NCBI RefSeq assembly: GCF_006345805.1
Contig: NC_043022.1
Coordinates: 16,554,001 to 16,618,000 of the forward strand
Length of the DNA stretch: 64,000 nucleotides
Reading direction: 5' to 3'
From: Octopus sinensis
Lineage: Eukaryota
Translations under genes and position numbers: made by a program
Shown here: positions 12,985 through 26,182 of the stretch, in pieces
Layout: the number at the start of each line of letters is the position of its first letter
Numbering within the stretch: position 1 is the first letter of the stretch
The notes under the pieces: model-generated
What the model was told of the DNA's origin: nothing
Seen by the model: only the letters and a program-made list of their open reading frames with translations
Databases searched by the model: none

Positions 12985-13085
12985 GTACTGGGGTTATGAT
13001 GATGAAAGCACCCACTACATTCTGTGAAGTGGTTGGTATGAGGAAGGACATCCAGATGCAGAAATTATGCCAAAAGTGAGCTGCA
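12985..13085 (+). mobile_element. Family F / RTE-tail fragment
   Basis: aaagcacccactacattctgtgaagtggttggtatgaggaaggacatccag is the reverse complement of a segment of 677-882. Confidence 0.65.
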
Positions 13086-13433
13086 GGTGTAATAGTTCCC
13101 ATGTGTATAATGATTATGTGTGTGTGTGTGTGTTTATGCAGGTATGAAGTAAATCAGGAAGATTATATAACACACACAATAGAGCACATCCTTTTTGAGA
13201 AAGACTAAATTACATTCCCTCTCTCTCCCTCGCTCCCCTCGCTCCCCCCACACTATGTTGCCTAGACAACTCCTACTTGAAAAGTAACTGTTACAGTGAC
13301 ATAAGCTCCTTCACATATTGATTGAAAATACTCATAATTGGTGACGATGTTGATGATGATGATTACAATTAAAAGTACCTGAACAATTACCTAACACACA
13401 ATAGCACGTAACATTTTAGAGTAAATCTAAATT

Positions 13434-13490
13434 GTGTGTGTCTGTGTGCGTGTGTGTGTCTGTGTGTCTGTGTGTGTGTGTGTGTGTGTC

Positions 13491-13523
<33 letters not shown>
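13434..13523. repeat. (TG)n microsatellite
   Basis: Direct inspection. Confidence 0.95.
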
Positions 13524-13525
<2 letters not shown>

Positions 13526-14186
13526 CACTGCGACGACTCCTGCTTGGAAAGTAACATTCGCAATCACACAATCTCTTTCAAGTATTGACTGGAAATACAC
13601 AGCACATCACTTAACTAACACATCTACATTAAGAAACACAAAGGAGACGACTCGCCCAACTCCCCACCTGCCCCTTAATTTGATGGGAAATCCTCGATGT
13701 AGAAACACCATTCATATTTAGAACAAAAACACAAATTCCCTGTTTGGCAGAGAAATTCTCCTGTCAGTAAACCCTTGTGCTGACCTTAACAGAGGTCAGA
13801 GTTAATATGCATCTGCTACAATAGACCCAAAACACTTGTGAGTCATAAACAGATGACCACATCTGGCTGGTATTGCAACATCTGGCATTGATTTTTGGCA
13901 CTGGCAGAAGGCCATCTGTTTTGGTTGAGGAATAGCTGAGGAGATCAAGTCCAGCCTTTGCATGGTACCTATTCTATCAAACCTACAAAGCCAAAAGATA
14001 AAGTTTGTTTCATTGTGGTTCAAGCTGCCATTTGTACTGCACTGAACCATCGTCTCCATTTTCGTTTAATAACTCTTGGTAGAATCCATTGAGAATTGTT
14101 GGTTCCTATTTGGAGACATGTCTGGAAACATGGTAGACTTGATCACATTGTCACTCCCTCCTAGCCTCTTCATATATGTATATATT

Positions 14187-14244
<58 letters not shown>

Positions 14245-14832
14245 ATATTCATATTCTCTTATGTTTTGGCCCTGAGGCTGCGGTCATGCATATATATTTA
14301 CCACATGGTGAATTGTAGTGAAAAGTAAAAATAAACAAAATGCACAGAAATTTTATGTTGGACTATATATGTGTGTGTATAATAAATAAAATATTTACAT
14401 AGTCAACCAGTTTCACTTGTGCTAATCATGACTAAGAAGTTAGTCACAATGTTACAATTTCATGATATCATCAGAAGTTTTCATTCCATGTTAGGAGGAA
14501 GAAGGATATTGTTTGTGTGTGTATATGTGTGTGTGTGTGTGAGTGTGCGAATTTACATTAGCATTCCATGTTAATGTGGTTTGGATGGTTTGACAGGATT
14601 TGTCAAATTGGAAAACTATGTTTTGGTGTAATACCTGGGGTTTGGCATGGTTTCTATTATTGGATGTATTTATTTGTGGCACCAACACCAGTAGGGTTGC
14701 CTGGTAGATTGAAACGTGAAGGAAAGCTGCCTATTTTCACTGAACGGGGACATAAGCGAGAGAGAGGATGGAGAAGAACAATGTTAGGGTTTAAGTGTGA
14801 AAGAGAGCTGAGGGCAAGCAGTTAAGAATAAT

Positions 14833-15088
14833 ATACTTTGATGTACTTTGTTACACTGCACCATACTGTATTGTCCTTCATTGTATTCTATTATACCATA
14901 CTTTATTCTGATGTACTTTATCATACTTTATTCAATGTATCTTATTGTACCACTCTATACTGTGTTACAGTGCACCATATCATGCTACACTTCAATGTAC
15001 TCTATTATACCCAACTGCATGCTACTGTATTGTACTTCATCATACTTGACCATATTGTACTTTATTGTAGTGTATTATTCATTGTATG
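14833..15088. repeat. Degenerate pentanucleotide (TAYTG-like) array
   Basis: 5-bp periodicity of tactg/tattg/tactt/tacca units. Confidence 0.7.
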
Positions 15089-15362
15089 AAATGGTTGCTA
15101 ACACCATAAACTCCTTCCTTGTTGCTCATTATTTGTGGCTGCATGACATCAATGGTGCCAATAAGCTGCAATCTGAAGAATTAATAAGTATTACAGTCTT
15201 CAATTTGTAATAAGCTGTATTATTTTAATTACCAATTATGACAGAAATTTCATGACACACTCACACAAATGTGTGTATGTATTTATGCATATATATATAA
15301 ATTCCACTCTGTTGCTTCTGCTAAATATAATATACATATATATATATATATATATATAATAT

Positions 15363-15393
<31 letters not shown>

Positions 15394-17074
15394 GTATGTA
15401 TATTAATATTTAGCAGAAGCAACAGAGTGGAATTCATGTAGATACATATATATATATATATGTATATATATCTAATTCGGAAATTCATTTGTAAGCAAAG
15501 CACTTTTAATCCTCCTGTTACATACCGTTGTAAACCACTGTAAACCAGGTCACCTCACTTTGTGACCCTTGGTGGGTTTTTACCAGCTTGCTACAGACTG
15601 ACCAAATAAAAAGCTAGGATGTGTTGGGGGGGGGGTACAAGAGGGTATGGTTGTGCTTGATTACCAAAACCTGTAGACATGGCACACAAAGAGGAGGCGA
15701 CACTTGTGCCACTCTTGCTGGATCTCTTGATACACTTTCATAGAATCTTTGTCCGATTCTCTTTCTGATGATGATGATCATCATCACCATTATCATGGTT
15801 GGTTGAACATCCACTCTCCAATTGCTGAATAAATTTCCAGTCATCCATATTCTTCCATAATTTCGCATGTGAGACAGGATCACATGAATAAAATAATTCC
15901 TTTGTTTCAAATTACCTTGGGGTCTACTTCTGCTTTCTCTGCTCCCTTTCACCAGCTTTTTCTACTTTACCATTCGACATGTAATCAAGTATTTGGCTTT
16001 AGTAATCTTTCCCAGTGATCTTCTCCCTTTCATCTGCTTATTTCATACCCTTTGATATCCCTAATTCACTTGCATTCAGTGTGTCGATCAACTTCTTGCT
16101 CAAACAGGTGAGATCAAAGTCACAAAAAGATGATGATGATGATGATGGTGGTAGTGATGGTGGTGACCGTGTTCCCTTCTAGATGTTCATCTGTATTCTA
16201 TTTTCTTTTTTCGGTCCTTAATGAGTAAAGTGCTTTTTCTCATTCATTTACTCCAAACCGAAATATTTAAGCCCCTGGAGGTAGCCTTGTGGTTAACACA
16301 CCACTTCGAAGAACAGGTTATCTGCTTCTTTATACAATAAGAAATCTTTATATCTGTGCCTCAGTTTGTGCTGTTCACTGACAGCATATACTAACTACAT
16401 ATACAATCTATCTCTCTCACTGCCCCTCTCTCTCCTTACACACACACACACACACACTCGCACTATTTCATATTTTCTCTATCATATTCCTCTGCTCCAA
16501 TGAAACAAAATAGTATAAAGAATTTAGTCCAATGATCTATAATAGTACCAACCAATAATAATAATAATAATAATAAAATGGATGATGAGGATGATGATGA
16601 TGATGATTTATGTGCAACCAGGATGACTGACAAGGTGGACATGTACAAAGCAGCCATTAATTGCAAGGGCTTACATAGAAAATTGAGATAAATAAAGCTT
16701 GAAAAATAAGTATGTATGGTGTACAAGTGACCGATGATGATGATGATGATGATGAAGTGGCAGCAGCAGCAGCAGACTTTCTGACATAGGGAAAACCTCC
16801 AGCTTGGACTAGTCGAGGAACTACACAGGTTCAAGATCACCTTGGAGATTGAAGGAAAGTGCTCTCTCTCTAATTCAAAAGATGACATCTGGTATGAATT
16901 AGCATGTATTATTTAACAACAGTTTGATTCAGCTCCGTGTGACTCCAAGTTTCATCAGTTCAATACCAGAATGTGACTCATCATTCTGGGGACATGTTTT
17001 GATACAATTCACTTTACCAGAGTTTTTGGACTTGAGCTCAGTAAAACATTCCACTCCAAAATCTTTGCTATATT

Positions 17075-17420
17075 TTCAAACTCCACCTGTCTAACACCTG
17101 TGGACATATTTACAAAGTCAGAAAACAGCACAGCTCCCATGACTTCAGGAAACATTTTTTCACGCTGAGAGTTGCTGAAGCATGGAACAAACTGCCGGCA
17201 TCAGTTGTTAGTTGTCGGAGCACTGCATCCTTCGAAACTTCCATGCTTTCTGAGATTCGCCAACACTACACCTGATTTTCTCCCCTCCATACACACACAA
17301 GCATGTATCTGACTCATGCATTGTTCGCTTTCCAGATATGTGTACATTACTGCATATACTCTGACAAGTTGTGGTGCACCTGAGCACTGTATACAATAAT
17401 TTCATTATATTATATTATTA
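17075..17420 (+). mobile_element. CR1-clade LINE 3' end (ORF2 C-terminus, 3'UTR, (ATTAT)n tail)
   Basis: 17075-17275 translates FKLHLSNTCGHIYKVRKQHSSHDFRKHFFTLRVAEAWNKLPASVVSCRSTASFETS...*, matching the CR1 TRGH..RKxFFxxRVxxxWNxLP motif. Confidence 0.88.
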
Positions 17421-17440
17421 AATGTTACTGAAGCAAGGAC

Positions 17441-17589
17441 AAAACCAAATTTCAATATTTTGATATTTTGAATGTATTTAATACATCTGCCCTAACTGAA
17501 GAAGCTATTACGCAATAACTTTGTTACATAATTACTTGAAACTCGCGTATAAAATTAATTCAAAATACCAAAATATCAACATCTGTTTT
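17441..17589. repeat. Fold-back inverted repeat enclosing a hammerhead-like core
   Basis: Arms 17441-17484 and 17547-17589; between them CTGAAGA...GAAAC-tcgc-GTA. Confidence 0.6.
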
Positions 17590-18179
17590 TTTTTTTTTTA
17601 TTACACACACAGACACACACACACATATAACTATGTATGTTTATATACTTGTAAATTTGAACTAAGTTAGTATATGAAACACTAGTTCTGTCAGTATTTT
17701 ATTAACACTTCAGTTAAGTTTGACCGCCCCCACCACCCAGTTAAGAACCTGAATCATTTCCATTCCTCATTGGTTTGCTTATTTAATCCAATAAACAACA
17801 CGGACTTACTTTATTGACTGGCAGCATGAATGGTTATTTCAACTCTGACAAATTCACAGCTTTTTTAACCATTGAGTCAACAACATGCCTGCAATTTGAA
17901 TAAAACATATTTTGTGTGAGCCTGTATCTGCATACGTGCATGTGTGTTTACATTTGCCTCCCTATTTATCTGTCTGTACCCACAAGCACATACATGCTCC
18001 CTTGCATTCTCTCTCTCTCTCTCTCTCTTTTTCTCTCTCTCTCGCACACACACACATTCTGTATTTACTTTAATTTTGTTTTATTATCTGTTGTTATTGT
18101 CTGTTATATTTGTTTCCCTACAATATTAATGAAGCATTTATCTATAAATGCACACAGCAATCAATAGAACTATTCTCAG

Positions 18180-18221
<42 letters not shown>

Positions 18222-18619
18222 AATTACACCAGATCCTGCTTCTGTTTTTAGCTTCAACTTGTGACTACTTGCTTTGCAATCTGTCATTTGGCTTTTGTAA
18301 TGAAGACATTAAATGAATTTACCAGATGCAGGAAATTCTGGATGGAAAATATCTTTCTTTTTTATTATTATTATCATTATCATCATTATTATTATTATTA
18401 TTAATATTATTATTATTATTATCATCTTCGTCATCATCATCATCGTTTTGTTAGAAATGTTATTAACTCACAATTCATTGACTCTTCTAAATCTCTTTAC
18501 AGAAATTCTTTGAAATGTGTAAATTTATTTGACGTAGAACAAAAATAAAATGGCTTTCTTTTATTCTTTGTTGGTTTCCATTTTAAGGTGAATTATGTAG
18601 GAAAAGCTGTGGATAGAGA

Positions 18620-18700
18620 AGGCGGCATGGTTGCCTGGCTTCAAAGTTCAGAAGACTGTCATACATACATACATACATACATACATCCATGCTACTATAG

Positions 18701-18742
<42 letters not shown>

Positions 18743-18779
18743 AGAGAGGGAGAGAGAGAGAGAGAGAGAGAGAGACATG

Positions 18780-18815
<36 letters not shown>

Positions 18816-19075
18816 GTTTGCTTTGTGATCCTCTGGTTATGGGCAAGTGTCTTCCAGTGTAGCACCAGGTTACCCAATGGTTTGTGAGTGAGTACAGCAG
18901 TGGAAATTGTATGGAAGCCTGTCCCATGTGGATATGTATGTACATATTTGTGTTTGTCACTGGCACTGTTTCACAACCAGTAGAGGTTTGTTTACTTCTC
19001 CCCGTCTCAGTCGTTTAACTCAAAGAAACCATTTGAATAGGTTCCAGGTTTAAAACAAAACTTCTGGGTGCCCTT
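18620..19075 (+). mobile_element. SINE family B, decayed, head split by a compound microsatellite
   Basis: gggcaagtgtcttc...tttgtgagtg...gaaattgtatggaagcctgtc...aaccagtagaggtttgtttac. Confidence 0.65.
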
Positions 19076-19437
19076 CTGCTGATCCTTTTTAGATACCAGG
19101 GACTTGCGCATTTAGATCATTGGGAGATTTACTCTACTTGTAACTTCTCTCCATTAACCATGCTTTCAAACTTATACTTAAAGAAGAAATGTCTTTATTT
19201 GTCATGGTAGCAGTGACACGTCAGCACTAACACAATGACTCCCTCGGAGTTACTCTCCCTAGTGTTAAAATACAAAAGTTAGAGAGTGAGAGAGAGAATT
19301 TCACAAAGTTTCACAAAATTGGACTTTATATGAATAATTGGGTGTGAAACTTCAAAAGATGTTGTTTCATACAAACTGACTATGGGGCCTGACTATGATG
19401 TCTGACATTAAATGCACAGAAGACCTTGTAATCATCA

Positions 19438-19631
19438 TTAACCCTTTCGTTGTAATATGTGTCCTCAATCAAGTTAACTCCAGACCACCAAAGTAAAAGT
19501 GCCCCCACCCCTGTATCTTGTTACACAACTCCCTGTGAACTACCAATTGTCCCATTTTAATAATCGATGACTGTTCCATTAACTGTATATAGCCTAAACT
19601 GGAGTGGATTATCTAATATTGAAAGGGTTAA
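19438..19631. mobile_element. TTAA-flanked MITE (third interior type)
   Basis: TTAA|CCCTTTCG...TGAAAGGG|TTAA. Confidence 0.7.
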
Positions 19632-19916
19632 GATAAAAGTCATTATGTGGTATTTACTGACAGAATAGCATTAAATGATTTACTTTTAATTAAGAGTCTC
19701 CTCTTATTAATTATATTTTCTATTCATTAATATCACGTTTTATCTCCTTAAGCCATTTTGCCTGAAACCAACTAAAAGAGCTCTCCATTTACTTTCCCTG
19801 ATTTAATGCTACAACTAATTCTTTGTACCTCTCAATGTTCCTTACTTCATTAAAGTAGAAAGCTATTAAGTCATTAACAAGGGCTTCATTTAAAGACAAT
19901 TAAAAAAAAAAGCAAA

Positions 19917-20190
19917 TCATCATCATTGTTTAGCGTCTGTTTTCCATGCTAGCGTGGGTTGGACGGTTCAACTGGGGTCTGTGAAGCCGGAAGGCTTCAT
20001 CAGGCCCAGTCTGATCTGGCAGTGTTTCTACAGCTGGATGCCCTTCCTAATGTCAACCACTCTGTGAGTGTAGTGGGTGCTTTTTACATGCCACCCGCAC
20101 AGGTGCCAGACAGAGCTGGCAAATGGCCACGAACGGATGGTGCTTTTTACGTGCCACTGGCACGAGGCCAGTCGGGGCGGCGCTGGGAAC
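19917..20190 (-). mobile_element. Family F RTE-type 3' end with internal repeat of ggtgctttttacgtgccac
   Basis: Homologous to 677-882. Confidence 0.85.
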
Positions 20191-20479
20191 GGTCAAAAGA
20201 AACAAATCCCAGTTCAAATATGTTTGAGGCATTTCCAAACCCATAAGAAATCCATTCATTGTATTTTGTCATTGAGAAAATTTCTCACTGTAGACAAATC
20301 GGTGTAAATACACAAGGTTCCCTCCATCAGTACAACGAATGGCTTCCTTACAGGTTCAAATATGTCTCGGATGTATTTGAACTGGTGACAAGTTTGTATT
20401 TATACACACCACTGCTTAGTGCTATCAGCCCATATTTTATGTTATCTTCAAGTCATAATTCTTTTTTTTCTCATTTTGT

Positions 20480-20682
20480 CTCATTTACTTGTTTCAGTCA
20501 TTCGACTGTGGCCATGCTGGAGCACCGCCTGTAGTCGAGGAAATCGACCCCAGGACTTATTCTTTGTAAGCCTAGTACTTATTCTATCGGTCTCTTTTGC
20601 CAAACCACTAAGTCACAGGGTCGTAAACACACCAGCATCAGTTGTCAAGCAATGTTGGGGGGAGGACAAACACAACACACAA

Positions 20683-20719
<37 letters not shown>

Positions 20720-20875
20720 TACGACGGGCTTCTTTCAGTTTCTGTCTACCAAATCCACTCACAAGGCTTTGGTTGGCCCGAGGCTATAGTAGAAGACACT
20801 TGCCCAAGGTGCCACACAGTGGGACTGAACCCAGAACCATGTGGTTGGCAAGCAACTTACCACACAGCCACTCCT
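20480..20875 (-). mobile_element. SINE family B, near full length
   Basis: Reverse complement of the 53471-53912 type. Confidence 0.9.
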
Positions 20876-20937
20876 ATTCTTATTTTTTACGATAAGCACA
20901 AAAAAGTCTGAAATATGATGGGTGTCACTAACTGGTT

Positions 20938-21015
20938 ACATCGATCCCAGTGCTTGACTAGTCCTTATTTTATCAACCACGAAAGGATTAAAGGCAAGGT
21001 TGATCTCAGTAGTTT
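20938..21015 (-). mobile_element. SINE family A internal fragment
   Basis: ttacatcgatcccagtgc...ttattttatcaacc..gaaaggattaaaggcaaggttga. Confidence 0.6.
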
Positions 21016-21341
21016 TCAGTTTCTATTTATAGGAAATGTATTTTCACTCACAGATATTTTTTTTTACATGTTGGAGCAAATTTATTTCTAAAGATGTTTT
21101 CTATAAATATTATCTGCTCATCTGTTTGTTTTGAAAACTTATTGTCCTCATCTAATAACTCTGCTGTCTGCATAGTTTTCTTAAACCGGAGATCTCTTCA
21201 CTATCTTTTGCTAAAATCTGATTGAAATTCTATACGCAAAAAGATTTCTCTTTGTATAAAAATATTATTCATCAACAATTTATCAATTAAAGAAATTTTT
21301 TTATTTTTTATTTTTTCATTCATAGACATATCCATATATAT

Positions 21342-21724
21342 CTTTTATCTTTTGCTCATTCCAGTCGTTAGACTGAGGCCATGCTGGGGCAGCACCTTGA
21401 AGAATTTTTAGTTGAATGAATCGACCCCAGTATTTCTTTGCTCTCTTTTAAGCCAGGTACATATTCTGTTAGTCTCTTTTGCTGAACCAATGTGTTAGGG
21501 GGATGTAAACATACCAACACCGATTGTCAAGTGGTGGGAGGAGGGAACAAACATAGACACACACATATATGATGGGCTTCTTTCAGTTTCCATCTACCAA
21601 ATCCATTCTCAAGGTTTTGGTCTTCACGAGACCATAGTAGAAGGCACTTGTCCAAGGTGCCACACAGTAGGACTGAAACCAGAACCATGTGGTTGGGAAG
21701 AAAGCTTCAACCATGCCTGCACCT
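21342..21724 (-). mobile_element. SINE family B
   Basis: Reverse-complement homology to family B throughout. Confidence 0.85.
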
Positions 21725-22102
21725 ATTGAATGGTGCAGAATTTGAAATAAACTCTATGGGACTTGGACTTAAATATAATAAAGCATTGCTTTAATTTAAT
21801 GGGACCTAGAATTGTAATTTTTTGTTGTTTTTTTAATATTATTTTTACCAAAGATTTTTTAAAAATATTTTTTGTGTATATGTCATATGCCATTTCCTAA
21901 AAATGTATAAAATATGAATTTATCCTACTTATTGAGAAATAGTTGTGATGCATACATTATATACAAATATATACATACATCCATCCATCCATTATATGCT
22001 TGGCAGAAATTACTGTGCACTTTTATAGACATACATATACATGTCTATATACATGACACTCATATACACATTCTCACACACACACACACACACACACACA
22101 CG

Positions 22103-22668
22103 CAGAGTAATGCTTCGATATACAAGTTAATTTGTTCCTGGAGATTGCTCGTAAAGTGAAAACTCATAAAGCAGAGCAATAATTTCCCATAGTAGCAATG
22201 TTATAAATCACAATTCCTTCCCCCCAAAATATTTTACCTATAAAATTTATAATACTCGTAAATAAATGGCAATAAAACAGGAGATTGTAAAGAATATTTT
22301 ATGTAAAGTGAAAAGAATGTCAAGATCATTTATAATAAAAAATATTATTATTATTATTATTGTTTTTTGAATCACTTTCACTCACACTAGACTTGTGCAC
22401 ACCATCACTTGTAGACACGATCATCGATTCACAAGCACTCATAGACGGACTTGGAGATTTCTTTTTAAAAACCAAGTCTAGAGTTGTTTGCTGAGAAGAA
22501 GCTTTTTTTTTTTGTTCTCTATAAATTTCTCGGTAACACACAGAAGCATTTGTTATGGTTGTAGAAACGTTTGCACTTTGTTCAAAATTTGGATCGTGTG
22601 TTTGAAAAATAAAACTCATAAACTCGGGGTCTCATAAACGGGTCCTCGTAAAGCAAGGTATTACTGTA
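22103..22668 (-). mobile_element. Tigger/pogo-type DNA transposon deletion derivative
   Basis: Right TIR ctcgtaaagcaaggtattactg|TA, decayed left TIR; minus ORF 22326-22619 HDPNFEQSANV..ITNASVCYREIYREQKKKASSQQTTLDLVFKK resembles the Tigger transposase C-terminus. Confidence 0.8.
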
Positions 22669-23230
22669 TACGAGTACATCTATCACCTGGGTACACATGC
22701 TGGGTCAGCAAGCTTTGATGTTTTGAACTATCAAGAATGATTCTGGAGATAAGCCTCGTTGGTTAATCTCTCAGCTCACTTTGTATAGATGGGTGTAGTT
22801 ATGTATTTATAAGTATATTTGATATATTTGTGAATGTTGATCTAATATCTATTTTATAACAAACAAGATTATGAAACCACTTTAAACAAATGGCACAAAC
22901 ATCAACTCCCTCACCTCACTTCCCTTATCTGTTCTATTCACACACACACACATATATATATGTGTGTGTGTGTGTGTGTGTAATGTATGCATATAAATAT
23001 ATTTATATCATTAAGTGTATACTTATATATATATATATACACATACATACGTACATACATACATATATATATATATATATAATATATATATATATATATA
23101 CACATACATACGTACATACATACATATATATATGTGAAGAAGAACACAGGTGGGTTTCAGAATTCCTAACAGCTGTTTTGGCAGCATTTTATTGATGCAG
23201 TCTTAGATCTGCAACTGGTCTTTCTGTACA

Positions 23231-23266
<36 letters not shown>

Positions 23267-23459
23267 AACAAACACATTCGTTATATTAATGGCATAAATT
23301 ACTCTACAGTATGCTGTTTGTTCATTTCAAACCTATATTTCATGTATACAGATGTATATCATCTCTTAACTCCTTTTATCTCTGCTTGCTGCAAATTATT
23401 ACTTGTCATAATTAATTATAATATTGTATTCTCTGATATATATTTTCCAAGGTGTGAAG

Positions 23460-23605
23460 GCATCTTCTCTGAAGCTCATCCAGTGTCTTTCTGATCTCAT
23501 CTCATATTTATATCTACTTCAAACCATCAGGAGTAATATCTTCCCATCTTCCCCGGCATTCAAAAACTCTTCCTCTGACACATTATCACTCATCTACTCT
23601 GAGGT
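23460..23605 (-). pseudogene. Possible decayed RTE LINE fragment
   Basis: Minus frame SDNVSEEEFLNAGEDGKILL loosely resembles RTE D+V+NEEVLRRAGE. Confidence 0.3.
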
Positions 23606-24362
23606 GTACAATTTCCATACAATTTTAAAACTGCTTTTCGTTTGTAAATATTTAGAGACAGAAGAAGAAGAAGACGATGAGGCAGACACCCCCCCCCCCC
23701 GCATTTCTTGTCTTCTTTCAGAAAGTGTAACATGATATTTCGACATTACAATTATCTCTTCCAAACAACATGTGATTATTCAAATGATTTAGAAGCATAA
23801 GAGAAAAATAATGATCTGGGGAATTGGTTTGTCATGGCTACTCACGTTTAATACATTTCAATTAAAGCATTCTCATTGAAATGGTTAAATTACTATCTGC
23901 TGTTCTGCTTAATTAAAAGTCTGCTTTCCATTAGTTAAGTACTGTTTTCTCTACACCTCAATATTCATAGTCTCCATAACTCAACAAACATTTTAATAGT
24001 GAATATACATGGTTCTCTGTCTGTTCATTCTCTGCATAACAAAGCATATGCATATAATATATATATGTATATATATGCATATATATATATATACATATAT
24101 GCCTGCATGCGTATTTTAAGTGAGGTGAAGGAATAGATTGAAAAGAGACAGCATAACTCAATACTTAAAAGATATTGATTCTTTAATTTCCATTCAAAAA
24201 TAACGAACTGTTTGCATATAACAACCGTTGTTGAAATGTGTTTGTTGTTGAGTGTAGATGTCTTTGAAATCAAAACATGAATAGGATTTCTTTGCACAAA
24301 TTGTTACACAAACAGTAACCTTACACTTCTTGACTGAGTAAATTTTGGCAACACCGTCAGAG

Positions 24363-24703
24363 TTTATCTTTTATCTTTTACACGTTTCATTCATTGGACT
24401 GTGGCCACACTGGGGCACCACCATGAAGAATTTAGTCAGACAAATAGACCCTAGTACTTTTCTTTTTCTTTTAAGCCTGGTATTTATGCTATCTGTCTCT
24501 TTTTGCTAAACACCTAAGTTATAGGGACATAAACAAACCAACATCAGTTATCAAGCAGTGGTGGAGTACAAAGAGAAGCACAAAGACACACACACACACA
24601 CACACACAAAAACATACACATAAATGTGTGTGTGTGTGTGTGTGTATGTGATGTGCTCCTTTCAGTTTCTGTCAACCAAATCCACGTGCAAGGCTTTGAT
24701 CAG
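24363..24703 (-). mobile_element. SINE family B, 5'-truncated
   Basis: Reverse-complement homology to the family B 3' two-thirds. Confidence 0.85.
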
Positions 24704-25853
24704 ACATGTCTTTTTGCAATGCACCTACTCCCTGGTTAGGAACAAGTTTTTCAAAGTTTGTTCCCAAATATTCTTGTCACTGATTCCAAGTTCCCAATAA
24801 TAGTTAACAACAATTAAGGATTTCATACTCTTCTGATTGGTTTTTATGCTCCACTTTTTCGCTTTCCTTTTTGTTCTGGTGCCAATTTCTTTACAGGACA
24901 CAATTTCTTCTTCAAATTCTTCTGTAACATTTCGAATCATCTGAGCAGTGAGTGACTTGGAAATCTGGAATTGTTGTTTGTGGAACTTGGGAAAAAAAAA
25001 CTGGAGACATACAAACAATTCTTGTATGAATTTCATTGTTTTGGCATGCTTTAATGAAATAATGGGTTAAACTTTTATTTAAAAGGTTATCTGATGTTAT
25101 ATGTCTGTGGGTAAATAATGTATCTGGCAACAGAAGGAGTTGAATGGGTGAGCAGTGAGGAAATAGCATTAAAATAGTTGAAGGTAGAGTGAAATTAGAA
25201 AGATAAGAGGGTTTCATTAGTGAAGGGCATGAAACTGAGAAGGATAAGAAACAAAAAAAAAAGATAGAAAATATATACATAAATATATACACATGCATGC
25301 ATCCATCCATACACACACACATATACAATGTCAATAGTTGGGATTGTCTAGTATTTATCTCATGAGAAATTCAGAGATAACATAAATATATAATGATTCT
25401 TTTTATTTACCAAATCTAAAACGAAACAACAAAACTTTATGTTCCTCCTTTGCCATGTTTGTTTTAATCTCTTTTATTTTTTCTCAAAGCATGTTCTTCT
25501 CCCTATTTTGCTTGTTCTTCTTTTCCTACTTCTTCTTCTTCTTCCTGTCTATTTCTCAGCTGTCTTTTCTCCCCTGTTCTTCTCTCTCTCACTCTGCCTT
25601 TCACTCTTAACCACATATCTCCCTCTCTATTTCTCTCTCCCAGTCTCTTTCGCTTTCTTTCCTATAAACTAAACCAAACAAATTCAACAGACTTAGGAAT
25701 TGTATAATCCATTTTGATTTCTCTTTCACACACACACACAACTTTCATAACATAAGCAAAACAGATTTATCAAACTTTGTAATTGTATCATTCTTCTCTC
25801 ACTTTCCTTTGTCTCTCTCTCCTTCTCTCTCTATATATCTATATACCCCAATG

Positions 25854-25857
<4 letters not shown>

Positions 25858-25902
<45 letters not shown>

Positions 25903-25930
25903 ATGTGTGTGTGTGTGGGTGTATGTATAT

Positions 25931-25983
<53 letters not shown>

Positions 25984-26083
25984 GTATATATATATGTGTA
26001 TATATATACATTTATATACATATATATATACATTTATATATATGTATGAATGAATATATATATATATGACCATTCCGAAATAT

Positions 26084-26130
<47 letters not shown>

Positions 26131-26182
26131 CATACATATATATATATATATACACATACGTACATACATATATATATATACA
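25858..26182. repeat. Compound (TA)n array containing a 25-bp element terminus (26066-26090)
   Basis: atgaccattccgaaatataacaata is the reverse complement of the start of the 62369 element. Confidence 0.85.

Noticed and set aside
15790-16110. Possible RTE remnant (GSRESRSRPQG); similar weak hints at 16800-16895 and 27640-27900
   Set aside because: Similarity too degraded to call without an HMM search
24725-25036. 103-aa minus-strand ORF
   Set aside because: No recognisable motif or splice context; possibly decayed TE
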